This document shows positions 26,414-35,160 of a stretch of DNA of 64,000 nt, in pieces (the first letter of the stretch is position 1; every line of letters begins with the position of its first letter). This stretch comes from a virus: the IMG/VR virus record IMGVR_UViG_3300037467_001050, positions 32,001-96,000 of that record. The stretch is one strand, 5' to 3'. Both the position numbers and the translations under genes were made by a program. Below the pieces are notes generated by a model. It saw nothing but the letters and a program-made list of their open reading frames with translations. It was not told where the DNA came from and made no database searches.

Positions 26414-26448
26414 TCCGACGCTTGCAGGAATGCAAACGACAGATCCTG

Positions 26449-26476
26449 AGGGTCGCCCAACCGGGCGGCCCTTTTT
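26449..26476 (+). terminator. intrinsic terminator
   Basis: AGGGTCGCCC/GGGCGGCCCT plus T run. Confidence 0.8.
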
Positions 26477-26500
26477 CATTCCGAACATGGGACAGGCCTG

Positions 26501-26668
26501 ATGCCCGCCAACAACATCGATCCGGAGAAGCAGTACCGGGTCAAGCTCAGCAAGGTCGTCGAACTCACTCCGCATGTGTTCGCGCGCCCTCACGACGCCC
26601 TCGTGGTGAAGGGCAAGGTTCTCAGCACGATCCTCGACAGCGTCGAGGCCTACGAGCCGGTGGAGTAA
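26501..26668 (+). CDS. small hypothetical protein (55 aa)
   Basis: Translated by hand. Confidence 0.6.
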   Translation: MPANNIDPEKQYRVKLSKVVELTPHVFARPHDALVVKGKVLSTILDSVEAYEPVE

Positions 26669-26674
26669 CGCCGG

Positions 26675-27424
26675 ATGAGCAGGCGCTATGAAACGATCTA
26701 CAGGGTCAAGCGCCGCGATAACCTCGGCGATCCTGACTACTGGAATGTGCGCCTCGAGGACATCGACCGGCGCGTAGATGCCAACGAGGCCGCCCTCACG
26801 AACCTCGATGATGTCGCGGCCCGTGTCGAGGGCGCCGCCTTCGACCGCATCAACAACGTCATCACTCCCATCGTTGTGGAGACGATCAACAGAGTGGCGA
26901 CGATCGCCAACCTGTTCTCAGCCACCTCGGCAACAGAGAACACGCTGGCCTTCGGGCAGACGGTCTTCGTGGTCGATGCCGGACAGCGCGAGACGTTCGC
27001 GCACCAGAACTACGTCTCGATCACCCCTGCCGACACCCGATCGGCAGGTCTGCTGGCTCCGGTCCTCTCCTACGACCGGACGACGGGCGCGCTGGTGATC
27101 GACCCTGAGGTCGTCTGGGGTTCCGGCACCTACGCGAGCTGGCTGATCTCCGCATCGCAGCCCGCCGACGCGCACGTCCTGCGCAAGGACAACCCGCACG
27201 AGACCACGGCCGCTCAGGTGGGTGCCTACACCCAGGCGCAGGTCGACAAGATCGTCTCCGATGCAGTCGCCGCTGCCGTCTTGAAGCTCATCGGCAACGC
27301 CTCCGTCAACGGCGACACCCTCGGCGAACTCGAAGCGCTCATCGCCGGCCTATCCGCGACCGTCGCAGCCAACGCCGCCGCAGCAACAGAAGAAGCCGTC
27401 GCCATGGCGATCGCGCTCGGATGA
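26675..27424 (+). CDS. tail-fibre-associated structural protein
   Basis: NPHETTAAQVGAYT repeat motif typical of fibre proteins; DTLGELEA. Confidence 0.65.
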   Translation: MSRRYETIYRVKRRDNLGDPDYWNVRLEDIDRRVDANEAALTNLDDVAARVEGAAFDRINNVITPIVVETINRVATIANLFSATSATENTLAFGQTVFVVDAGQRETFAHQNYVSITPADTRSAGLLAPVLSYDRTTGALVIDPEVVWGSGTYASWLISASQPADAHVLRKDNPHETTAAQVGAYTQAQVDKIVSDAVAAAVLKLIGNASVNGDTLGELEALIAGLSATVAANAAAATEEAVAMAIALG

Positions 27425-27433
27425 GGTGACCTC

Positions 27434-27763
27434 ATGGCAGTCGATTTTCCGAACTACAGCGACGCGGCGCTCCCCGCCGGTCGCACGAACCTCACCGGCT
27501 ACGTCCCGGCGGGCCACAAGTGGGTGGTGACGGGCTTCGTCATCGCCAACGGCGATACCGCCCCACAGACCGTCGTGGTCGAGAAGTTCACCGGCACGAA
27601 GTGGGTGAAGCTGCACCCCGGCCTGACGATCCTCGCCGGCCAGTCGTTCAACTTCCCTGGCGACGGCGCCAAGCTCAACCTGATGCCCGGTCAACTTCTC
27701 GCGCTGACGCCGAGCAAGGCCGGCGTCTTCGATTTCGACCTCTCGGTGATGGATAAGAGCTGA
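27434..27763 (+). CDS. small tail-associated beta protein
   Basis: 109 aa in the fibre cluster. Confidence 0.6.
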   Translation: MAVDFPNYSDAALPAGRTNLTGYVPAGHKWVVTGFVIANGDTAPQTVVVEKFTGTKWVKLHPGLTILAGQSFNFPGDGAKLNLMPGQLLALTPSKAGVFDFDLSVMDKS

Positions 27764-28875
27764 TGGGCGCGATCGGCTTTCTCCCGGCCACCGCGCCGCT
27801 CTCGGCCGAGCAGCTCGCGGTCGGCGACAAGCGCTTCGATCGGCTCGACGGGGGCAATCGCAGCCTGCACGTCTTCCCAAACGCGCTCATCAACTCGAGC
27901 TTCGACCATTGGCAGCGCGGCAACGGGCCGTTTGCTTTGACTGGCGGTGGCAGCATTTACGGACCGGACAGGTGGCGCCTGTTTAACGTCGGACCGAACG
28001 GTTCCGTGACGATCACGCGCCAGCCGCTTTCATTCGGCGACTGGCCGTCTCAGAGCCGCCTATCCGTGATCTTCGGTGGCTCGGGGAACACGGCGACGGC
28101 TGATGGGATCGTATTTCAGCAACCGATCGAGGGCGTGGACACCTTCGCCGGCAAGCGCGTGGTTGTTCGCGGCGGGATCCGTTTAGTCTCCGGCGCGGCG
28201 GGAAGCAAAGTCTCTGTTGAACTGGTGCAGAATTTCGGCACCGGAGGCTCCGCTTCGGTGTATACCGACGCTGGTCGTGTCGCTCTTAGTGGCGTGTTAA
28301 CGCCATTTGCTGCGATTGTTGATGTGCCGTCGATGGCCGGAAAGGTCATCGGCTCGGCCGGAGATTTCCTGGGCCTGCAATTCTGGTGTTCTTCCGGATC
28401 TGACTATGCTGCCCGCACCGGAAATCTCGGTTTTCAGGCAATCACCGTTCAGCTCGTCGACGTCGAGGTGAAGGAGGTCAAACCCGGCTACGGCGACCAG
28501 TATCCGGGGTTTGAGCGAGTTCCACGTGAGACGGACTACGATCGCTGCCTGAGGTTCTATGAGCAATCGTGGCTCACTGAAGTTGATATCGTGGGACTGA
28601 ATACTGCGGTAGGATTTGGTACGGTTCACCCGACCGGAGCTTGTCGTATCGCGGTGCGATACAGGAAGCGCAAGCGCATCAACCCTGTACTCGCTATTGC
28701 CGACACTAATCTGATACGCGGAGCCGTCTCCATCTACTACACCAGCAGTAACAGTTGGGTCGGCGGCCAGGGATACTCCCTGCTGTCCGGTTCGGCGGAA
28801 GGCTTTTATTTTGGCCATAACAACCCCAGCTCGATCGAGACGCAGGGCCACTACATCGCAAGCGCGGATTACTAA
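27763..28875 (+). CDS. receptor-binding/tail fibre protein 1
   Basis: NALINSSFDHWQRG ... YDRCLRFY; lower-GC 3' end. Confidence 0.75.
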   Translation: MGAIGFLPATAPLSAEQLAVGDKRFDRLDGGNRSLHVFPNALINSSFDHWQRGNGPFALTGGGSIYGPDRWRLFNVGPNGSVTITRQPLSFGDWPSQSRLSVIFGGSGNTATADGIVFQQPIEGVDTFAGKRVVVRGGIRLVSGAAGSKVSVELVQNFGTGGSASVYTDAGRVALSGVLTPFAAIVDVPSMAGKVIGSAGDFLGLQFWCSSGSDYAARTGNLGFQAITVQLVDVEVKEVKPGYGDQYPGFERVPRETDYDRCLRFYEQSWLTEVDIVGLNTAVGFGTVHPTGACRIAVRYRKRKRINPVLAIADTNLIRGAVSIYYTSSNSWVGGQGYSLLSGSAEGFYFGHNNPSSIETQGHYIASADY

Positions 28876-29020
28876 TCATTGGCATCCAGGGCGGTAATGC
28901 CGGGCTGATTGAGCCTGCGCCCTGGCACTCCGCCGCCTGGCTGACCGCCAACCGCAATCCCGCGCCCGCCGGCTTCGCCGCGCGGCTCGATCCCGCGCGC
29001 CACCTTCGGAGCAATCACCT

Positions 29021-30358
29021 ATGGGTTACATCGGACAGGCTCCCGGCCTCGGCCAGGAGCTTGCGTTCCGCTTTGTCGGCGTGGCCGGTCAAGGCGTGAT
29101 CGCCGGCCGCGACATGCGCGGCTTACCCCTCGTCTTCGTCCCCCGCTACGTCGAACTCTACCGCAACGGTCACCGCCTCACAGAGGGCGACGACTACACG
29201 ACCGACGACGGCTCGCAGATCTTCCCGCAGGGCTGGAGCATTCAGGCCGACGACGAGCTCATCGTCGTCGCGAAGGCGCCCTTCAGCCCGGCCGACACCT
29301 ACTCGCGGGCCGAGGCGGATGCGAGCTTCAACCGGCGGCGCAACCGCAGCCTCGATCCGGGGTGCCGCGTCGCGCAGCAATTTGGCACCACCTCGATCCC
29401 GCTCACAACCTCGTCGGGCATCTACTATGTCTCGGACGGCATGGTTGTGCAGCGCGGCGGTACGGTCGGCATGGCGTCGGCGCAGCGTATCGCGTCGCCA
29501 ACACCGGGCGGGTCCGGTTTCCGCAACCGGATCACCGTCACGACCGCGAACCCGACCCCCGGCGCGCAAGACATCCTGCGTGTCGCGTTTCCCGTCGAGG
29601 GCAATGAGATCGCGGACCTCAAGTGGGGCACGGCTGCGGCTCGGCCATTGCTGAAGCGGTTCGGGTTCAAGTCACCTATCGCCGGCACATTCCCGGTGTC
29701 GGTGGTGAATGCCTCGGGAACGCAGTCTTATGTTGCTGCTACGGTCACGGTGCAGCCCGGCGAGGTCAATTCAGATCTGGTACGCTGGATCGTCATCCCT
29801 GGTCCGACTACTGGATTGTGGCCGAGCGACAATGGGCTGTCTTTCACGATCAGCATCGCTCTTCTAGCTGGGCCTAGCTACCAAGGCGTAGCTGGCTGGC
29901 AAAACGGCGTGTTCTACGGCCTCTCGACCGGCATCAATGGCATGCAGACTGCCGGACTGAGCTTCGACGTCTTTGACTTTGGGATGTACGACGTTTCGGA
30001 CATCACGAACCCCGCTCCGTTCCGGTTTGAACTGGCGCCGCAACGGGACGATGAGTTCGCTTGTTTTCGGTACTACTGGCAGGCTGATAGCGCCAATAAC
30101 GCAATGTATACCGTTTCTACCGGCGGTCGAATGATGAACCAGGGGTCAATAACGCAGTCGTGCTATGCAGCCATCAAGCATGCGCGAAAGATGCGGATCG
30201 CCCCCAACACCACCATAACTTACGATATCAGCGACGGGGGTGAGCAAACCGCGTCAGGACAGCAAAGTTCGACGGACTTGACGATTTGGGGTGTAACCGT
30301 GCCGCCGCAAAACTTCCTCGATATCCATAATTTCACCGCCAGCGCGAGGATGATCTGA
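29021..30358 (+). CDS. receptor-binding/tail fibre protein 2
   Basis: NRSLDPGCRVAQQ ... EFACFRYY; lower-GC 3' end. Confidence 0.75.
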   Translation: MGYIGQAPGLGQELAFRFVGVAGQGVIAGRDMRGLPLVFVPRYVELYRNGHRLTEGDDYTTDDGSQIFPQGWSIQADDELIVVAKAPFSPADTYSRAEADASFNRRRNRSLDPGCRVAQQFGTTSIPLTTSSGIYYVSDGMVVQRGGTVGMASAQRIASPTPGGSGFRNRITVTTANPTPGAQDILRVAFPVEGNEIADLKWGTAAARPLLKRFGFKSPIAGTFPVSVVNASGTQSYVAATVTVQPGEVNSDLVRWIVIPGPTTGLWPSDNGLSFTISIALLAGPSYQGVAGWQNGVFYGLSTGINGMQTAGLSFDVFDFGMYDVSDITNPAPFRFELAPQRDDEFACFRYYWQADSANNAMYTVSTGGRMMNQGSITQSCYAAIKHARKMRIAPNTTITYDISDGGEQTASGQQSSTDLTIWGVTVPPQNFLDIHNFTASARMI

Positions 30359-31425
30359 TGACCCGGTCCGCAGAACAGGCCGGCATTCAGGCCGGCGACC
30401 TTCAGGGCATGGCCATGGCCAACATGGCCGTGAACTCATTCTGCGAGATCAGCCAGGAGAGGGGCAGCAGTGTTGTGTCGACCCCGAACGCCTCGGCGTA
30501 TCCGGTCGACCAGAACTGTTTCACCTCCCTCGGGAGCATGGTCATCACGGCGCAGCAGGTCGCCAACCCGTTCCCAACGGTGCCGAACCTGCTCAACGCC
30601 GTGAAGCTGACCGTGACGACCGCGCAGGCGACGCTCGGCGCGAACGATCTCATTCAGTGGTATCAGCCGATCGAGGGTGTGCGCGTCAAGAAGCTCGGCT
30701 GGGGAAGCCCGCTGGCGCTACCGCTCACCAGCGCCCGCTTGTTCCGGGCCCTTCAGAACACGACGATTTACGTTTGCATTCAGGACAAAGACAGCACCCG
30801 CAGTCGGTTCAAGCGCGTGTTCCTGCCGGCCAATCAAGACGTGCTCGTGTCGAACGTCTTTCTGCCGGACACGGGCGGGACATATCCGAGAGACAAAAAC
30901 GCCAGTATCTTTGATCTCGTCATTCTGGGGGCGGGTTCGAACTACCAAGGGACGCCTGAGATCCTGAATACGTCGGGCAACAAGAAGTGCGGCGCGGATG
31001 TGGGCAACTTCGCGGCGACGGTCGGCAACACCCTCTACGTGTCCGGCCCGGTGATGTTCGCCGGTATCGTTCCGATCAGCAAGGAGACGTTCGCGCTCAT
31101 CAATCGGCACGTCTCGGACGAGTACCGTCTGTGCAAGCGGTACTGGCGGCAGAACCCGGTAGGTTTTGGTCTGGGTGGGGGCACGACTTCGTGGCAGGGC
31201 TATGCCCGCTTGGAGGAGCCGATGCGCGACACACCTACCGCGTCGATCAATGGAAGCTCAAACCAGATCATATTCAACTGGATCCAGTTTGCTACGCTTA
31301 CCAGTATTACGGGCATCGCTATGAACGGTGACGACTTAAACTTTCAAGGCACCGGATCCGGCATGGTCGATAGAGTTATGGGAGCGCTTGTGCCGGGCGC
31401 TCTCAGTCTGAACGCGAGGTTCTAA
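30358..31425 (+). CDS. receptor-binding/tail fibre protein 3
   Basis: NMAVNSFCEISQE ... EYRLCKRYW; lower-GC 3' end. Confidence 0.75.
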   Translation: MTRSAEQAGIQAGDLQGMAMANMAVNSFCEISQERGSSVVSTPNASAYPVDQNCFTSLGSMVITAQQVANPFPTVPNLLNAVKLTVTTAQATLGANDLIQWYQPIEGVRVKKLGWGSPLALPLTSARLFRALQNTTIYVCIQDKDSTRSRFKRVFLPANQDVLVSNVFLPDTGGTYPRDKNASIFDLVILGAGSNYQGTPEILNTSGNKKCGADVGNFAATVGNTLYVSGPVMFAGIVPISKETFALINRHVSDEYRLCKRYWRQNPVGFGLGGGTTSWQGYARLEEPMRDTPTASINGSSNQIIFNWIQFATLTSITGIAMNGDDLNFQGTGSGMVDRVMGALVPGALSLNARF

Positions 31426-31427
31426 TC

Positions 31428-32060
31428 ATGGCGATCACCGCAAAGTACAGCAACGCCGGCAAGACCAACGTCAACGTGACCCTGGAGCCGGGCGATCACC
31501 TCGCCTCGCTCAACGTCCAGGCCGAGCACACCATCCCCGGCTACACCATCCCGGCGCACACAGTGCCGTCCTTCGTGCTGGATGGGGTGACCTATCCAGC
31601 GCGTGACGTGCCGGCCGAGGACGTGCCCGAGCAGCACATCCCGGCAGGGAAGACCACGACCTACAGCGTGCCGTGCGATGACGCGAACCCGGTGTGGGTC
31701 GCGCTGAAGGCGCTCGTCGACGCCGGAGAGGTGGTCATCGCCGACTTCGAGCCGCCGCCTCCGACGGTCGTGGAGGAGATCAGCGACCGGCAGTTCTTCC
31801 AGCAGCTGGCGATTGAGGGCGACATCACCGAAGATGAGGCGCTCGCGGCGGTCCAGACCGGCGCGATCCCCTCGGATCTTCAGGCGGTGATCGCCACGCT
31901 CCCGGCCGACCAGCAGTTCAACGCCAGGATGCTATTGGCCGGCGCGACCGTGTTCAAATTCTCCAACCCGCTCACCGCAGCCCTCGCAGCCGCGCTGACG
32001 CCGCCGCGCACGACCGAGCAGATGCAAGCGCTCTGGGCGTCGGCCGCAAAGCTCGTCTGA
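31428..32060 (+). CDS. tail fibre assembly chaperone-like protein
   Basis: EISDRQFFQQLA and helical C-terminus; follows fibre genes. Confidence 0.65.
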   Translation: MAITAKYSNAGKTNVNVTLEPGDHLASLNVQAEHTIPGYTIPAHTVPSFVLDGVTYPARDVPAEDVPEQHIPAGKTTTYSVPCDDANPVWVALKALVDAGEVVIADFEPPPPTVVEEISDRQFFQQLAIEGDITEDEALAAVQTGAIPSDLQAVIATLPADQQFNARMLLAGATVFKFSNPLTAALAAALTPPRTTEQMQALWASAAKLV

Positions 32061-32094
32061 TCACTTGCAGGAATGCAAACAAGCGGCATCTGAA

Positions 32095-32454
32095 ATGGCA
32101 AACCCCTTCACCACCGCGGCGGGGTGGCTCCTGGGCAATCCGCTCGTGAGCCACGCCGTCGTGGCCTCGGCTCTGACCGCGGCAGGGTCCGCGGCCGGGC
32201 ACGTCGCCGGCATCGCCCATGCTCCGGTGATCGCGGCCGGCGTCATCTCTGCGGTCTACTACGGCCGCGAGGCCGGCCAGCTGGAGCATGACCTCAAGCA
32301 TGGCACGACCTCCCACGGGGTCGTCTCTCCCTTCCTGGCGTTCGCGGGTGCCGAGTTCGGCTTCCTGTGGAGCCTCGACAACCTCCTGCAGTTTCTCGCT
32401 GCAGCTGGAGCCTCCGCAGGTGTTGCGGCGGCCTTGACCCTCACGGGCAACTAA
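32095..32454 (+). CDS. multi-TM small membrane protein (holin candidate)
   Basis: Almost entirely hydrophobic, 119 aa. Confidence 0.55.
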   Translation: MANPFTTAAGWLLGNPLVSHAVVASALTAAGSAAGHVAGIAHAPVIAAGVISAVYYGREAGQLEHDLKHGTTSHGVVSPFLAFAGAEFGFLWSLDNLLQFLAAAGASAGVAAALTLTGN

Positions 32455-32498
32455 ACGGCTGCCGGATCACCGGCTCAGCCCAAGAAACGTCCCCTCCG

Positions 32499-32530
32499 AA
32501 AGCCGCCCAAACAGGGCGGCTTTTCTTTTT
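32499..32530 (+). terminator. intrinsic terminator
   Basis: AAAGCCGCCC/GGGCGGCTTT plus T run. Confidence 0.8.
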
Positions 32531-32545
32531 GGAGCAAAGAGAAAA

Positions 32546-33973
32546 GTGGCTGTTACATACCTGCACGGTGTCGAGACCATCGAGCTCGACGACGGCATCG
32601 TTCCCGTCCAGACCGTCAAGTCCTCGATCATCGGCGTGATCGGCACGGCGCCCGACGCTGATCCCGACCTGTTTCCCTTGAACACGCCGGTGGCGCTGTT
32701 CGCCAACCCGACCAAGGCGACCAAGCTCGGCAAGGCCGGCACGCTGCTCGACGCGGTCAACGCGATCTACTCGCAGGGCTCGGCCACCGTGGTCGTGATC
32801 CGCGTCGAAGGCGAGACCGGCCGCGAAGCGATGGCCAACGCCGTGGGCTCGCCGACCGCCAAGACGGGCGTGTGGGCCCTCCTGAAGTCGCGCCCGATCC
32901 TGAAGCTGATCCCGAAGATCCTGATCGCCCCGGGCCTCACCTCCGAGCGCCCGTCCGACGGTCTGGTCGACGCCACTGTCGGCGCCCCGGGTGACGGCTA
33001 CGTCCAGGCGACCACGAAGGTGGTCTTCGATCCCCCGGCCGCGGGTGGCCGGCAGGCGCAGGGCACCGTCCAGGTGGTGCTCGGTAAGGTGACCGGCGTC
33101 ACCATCACTGACCCCGGCTACGGTTACGCGGCGGCCCCAGCGGCCACCGTGACCGGCGACGGCACCGGTGCCACCGTGACGACCTCGCTCGGCTTCGTCG
33201 CCAACCCCGTCGCGAAGGCCCTGGAAGCCGTGGCGCCGCGCCTGCGCGCGATCGCCCTCGTGGACGGACCCGGCACGTCCTACGAAGACGCGGTGAGCTA
33301 CAGAAACGACTTCGGCTCGCAGCGCGTGATGGTGCTCGACCCCGGCGTCGTGGTCTACGACATCGAGACGGCGACCAACGTCACCAAGCCCGCCTCCGCC
33401 TACGCTGCCGGCATCCAGGCCCGCATCGACAAGGAGAATGGCTTCTGGTGGAGCTTCTCCAACAACGAGATCCAGAACATCCTCGGCCCGGCACGCCCGG
33501 TCGACTTCATGTACGGGGATCCGGACGCGGAGGCGAACCAGCTCAACGGGCAGCAGATCACGACCATCATCCACGATGATGGTTTTAGGTTCTGGGGTCT
33601 GCGCGGCACGGGTCAGGATGCCCTCTGGGCCTTCCTGAGCGTCCGCCGCACCGCGGACATGATCTACGAGAGCCTCGAGGCGGCCCACCGGCCCTTCCTC
33701 GATCGGCCCTTCAACTACGCGCTGCTCGACGTCATCGAGAACTCGGTGAACGCCTACCTGCAGCAGCTGCGGGCCCGCGGCGCGCTGATCAACGGCACCT
33801 GCACGATCGACCCGAACGTCAACACGAAGGACACCTTCGTGAACGGCGAGCTGATCGTCGACTTCGACCTGGAGCCGCCCGCCCCGCTCGAGCACCTGAC
33901 GTTCCGCGCCCGGCGCAACCCGAACTACTACACGGACTTCATCGAGGAGTTCGTGGCGGCTACGCAGGGCTAA
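32546..33973 (+). CDS. tail sheath protein, P2 FI-like
   Basis: YLHGVETIE, GFWWSFSN, GFRFWG, SVRRTADMI, PPAPLEHLTF. Confidence 0.95.
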   Translation: MAVTYLHGVETIELDDGIVPVQTVKSSIIGVIGTAPDADPDLFPLNTPVALFANPTKATKLGKAGTLLDAVNAIYSQGSATVVVIRVEGETGREAMANAVGSPTAKTGVWALLKSRPILKLIPKILIAPGLTSERPSDGLVDATVGAPGDGYVQATTKVVFDPPAAGGRQAQGTVQVVLGKVTGVTITDPGYGYAAAPAATVTGDGTGATVTTSLGFVANPVAKALEAVAPRLRAIALVDGPGTSYEDAVSYRNDFGSQRVMVLDPGVVVYDIETATNVTKPASAYAAGIQARIDKENGFWWSFSNNEIQNILGPARPVDFMYGDPDAEANQLNGQQITTIIHDDGFRFWGLRGTGQDALWAFLSVRRTADMIYESLEAAHRPFLDRPFNYALLDVIENSVNAYLQQLRARGALINGTCTIDPNVNTKDTFVNGELIVDFDLEPPAPLEHLTFRARRNPNYYTDFIEEFVAATQG

Positions 33974-34088
33974 TCACTTGCAGGAATGCAAGTGAACATC
34001 GTCTGACAAAGCAAACCGCTGATGGGCGGGCGCGGCCGAGTGGTCGCGCCCCGCTCGAGCGCGTCTTCGCAACAAAAAGAAGAAGAAA

Positions 34089-34619
34089 ATGGCGAACACC
34101 AACCTGCGCGACAGCGATATTCTGCGCGACTTCACCGTCTGGATCAAGGGCAACGGTAAGATGGGGACTTGCCCCAGCTTCCAGCTGCCGGAAATCAAGA
34201 TCCAGACTGAGGATTTCCGCGGCGGCGGCATGGATATGGCCGTCGAAATCCCGATGGGCGTGGAAAAAATCGAATTTGATTTTGACATGCATGTGTGGGA
34301 TCCGGAGATCTTCCAGAACCTCGGCTACGATGTCGGGGCCATGGATGTGCCACTCATGTTCCGCGGCTACATGCTCTCGCCCAACGGCGCCCAGAAGAGC
34401 GTGATGATCGCGACCCAATCGCTGATCAAGGCGATCAAGCCGGGCAAGGTCGAGCCGGGCAAGAAGACCGAGATCTCGGTCTCCGTCTCCGCGAACCGCT
34501 ACGTCCACAAGATCGACACCAAGATCGTCAACTCGTTCGACGCCTTCAACAAGGTCATGATCATCAACGGTCAGGACAAGAGCTCTGAGGCGCGCCGGAT
34601 CCTGGGCTTCGACTACTAA
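34089..34619 (+). CDS. tail tube protein, P2 FII-like
   Basis: LPEIKIQTEDFRGGGMD; follows sheath. Confidence 0.92.
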   Translation: MANTNLRDSDILRDFTVWIKGNGKMGTCPSFQLPEIKIQTEDFRGGGMDMAVEIPMGVEKIEFDFDMHVWDPEIFQNLGYDVGAMDVPLMFRGYMLSPNGAQKSVMIATQSLIKAIKPGKVEPGKKTEISVSVSANRYVHKIDTKIVNSFDAFNKVMIINGQDKSSEARRILGFDY

Positions 34620-34708
34620 GATCCCCATATAATCCATCTGAAACCCAGCCGCCCCGCCGGTTCGCCGGCGGGGTTCGTGCTGCCAAGGTGTAACAAGAAG
34701 AAAAGACA

Positions 34709-34981
34709 ATGTCGGGACTGACATACAAGCTGAAGTTTCCCTTCGAGCACGCCGGTGTGAACTACACCGAATTCTCGCTGCGCCGCCCCAAGGTGCGCGA
34801 CTTCCGGAACTTCGCCAAGAACATCGAGCGGGATCCGATCACGGCCATGGAGGAGATCATCTCCGACCTGTGCGAAATCGACGGAAACGTCATCGCCGAG
34901 ATCGACATCGAGGACTGGGGCCCGATGAAGGATTTCTTTGAGGGTTTTTTGGACAAGCTCTCGAAAAAGTCGGAGAAGTAA
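34709..34981 (+). CDS. tail assembly chaperone, gpE-like
   Basis: LKFPF, LRRPKVRD motifs; between tube and tape measure. Confidence 0.88.
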   Translation: MSGLTYKLKFPFEHAGVNYTEFSLRRPKVRDFRNFAKNIERDPITAMEEIISDLCEIDGNVIAEIDIEDWGPMKDFFEGFLDKLSKKSEK

Positions 34982-35130
34982 TTCCGGCTGCGGTGCCAAT
35001 GTTTGAACGTTGGCACTGGAATATGGAAAACATCGAGAACCTGGACTGGGAAGAGTTCTGGGCTCTCTCTGAGGGAGCGAAGCTCCTCTACAAGCGAGAA
35101 GCAGAAGCGAGAGCGCGCGGGGGTCGATGA
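34942..35130 (+). other. -1 frameshift site G GGT TTT and the extension ORF (gpE+E')
   Basis: Slippery heptamer 34942-34948; -1 frame open to TGA 35128-35130. Confidence 0.85.
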
Positions 35131-35160
35131 CCCTCGCGCCAAACTCGCCAGGGGAGCGCC

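Noticed and set aside
27763-31425. Diversity-generating retroelement or invertible fibre cassette
   Set aside because: No reverse transcriptase, invertase, template/variable repeat pair or flanking inverted repeats found.
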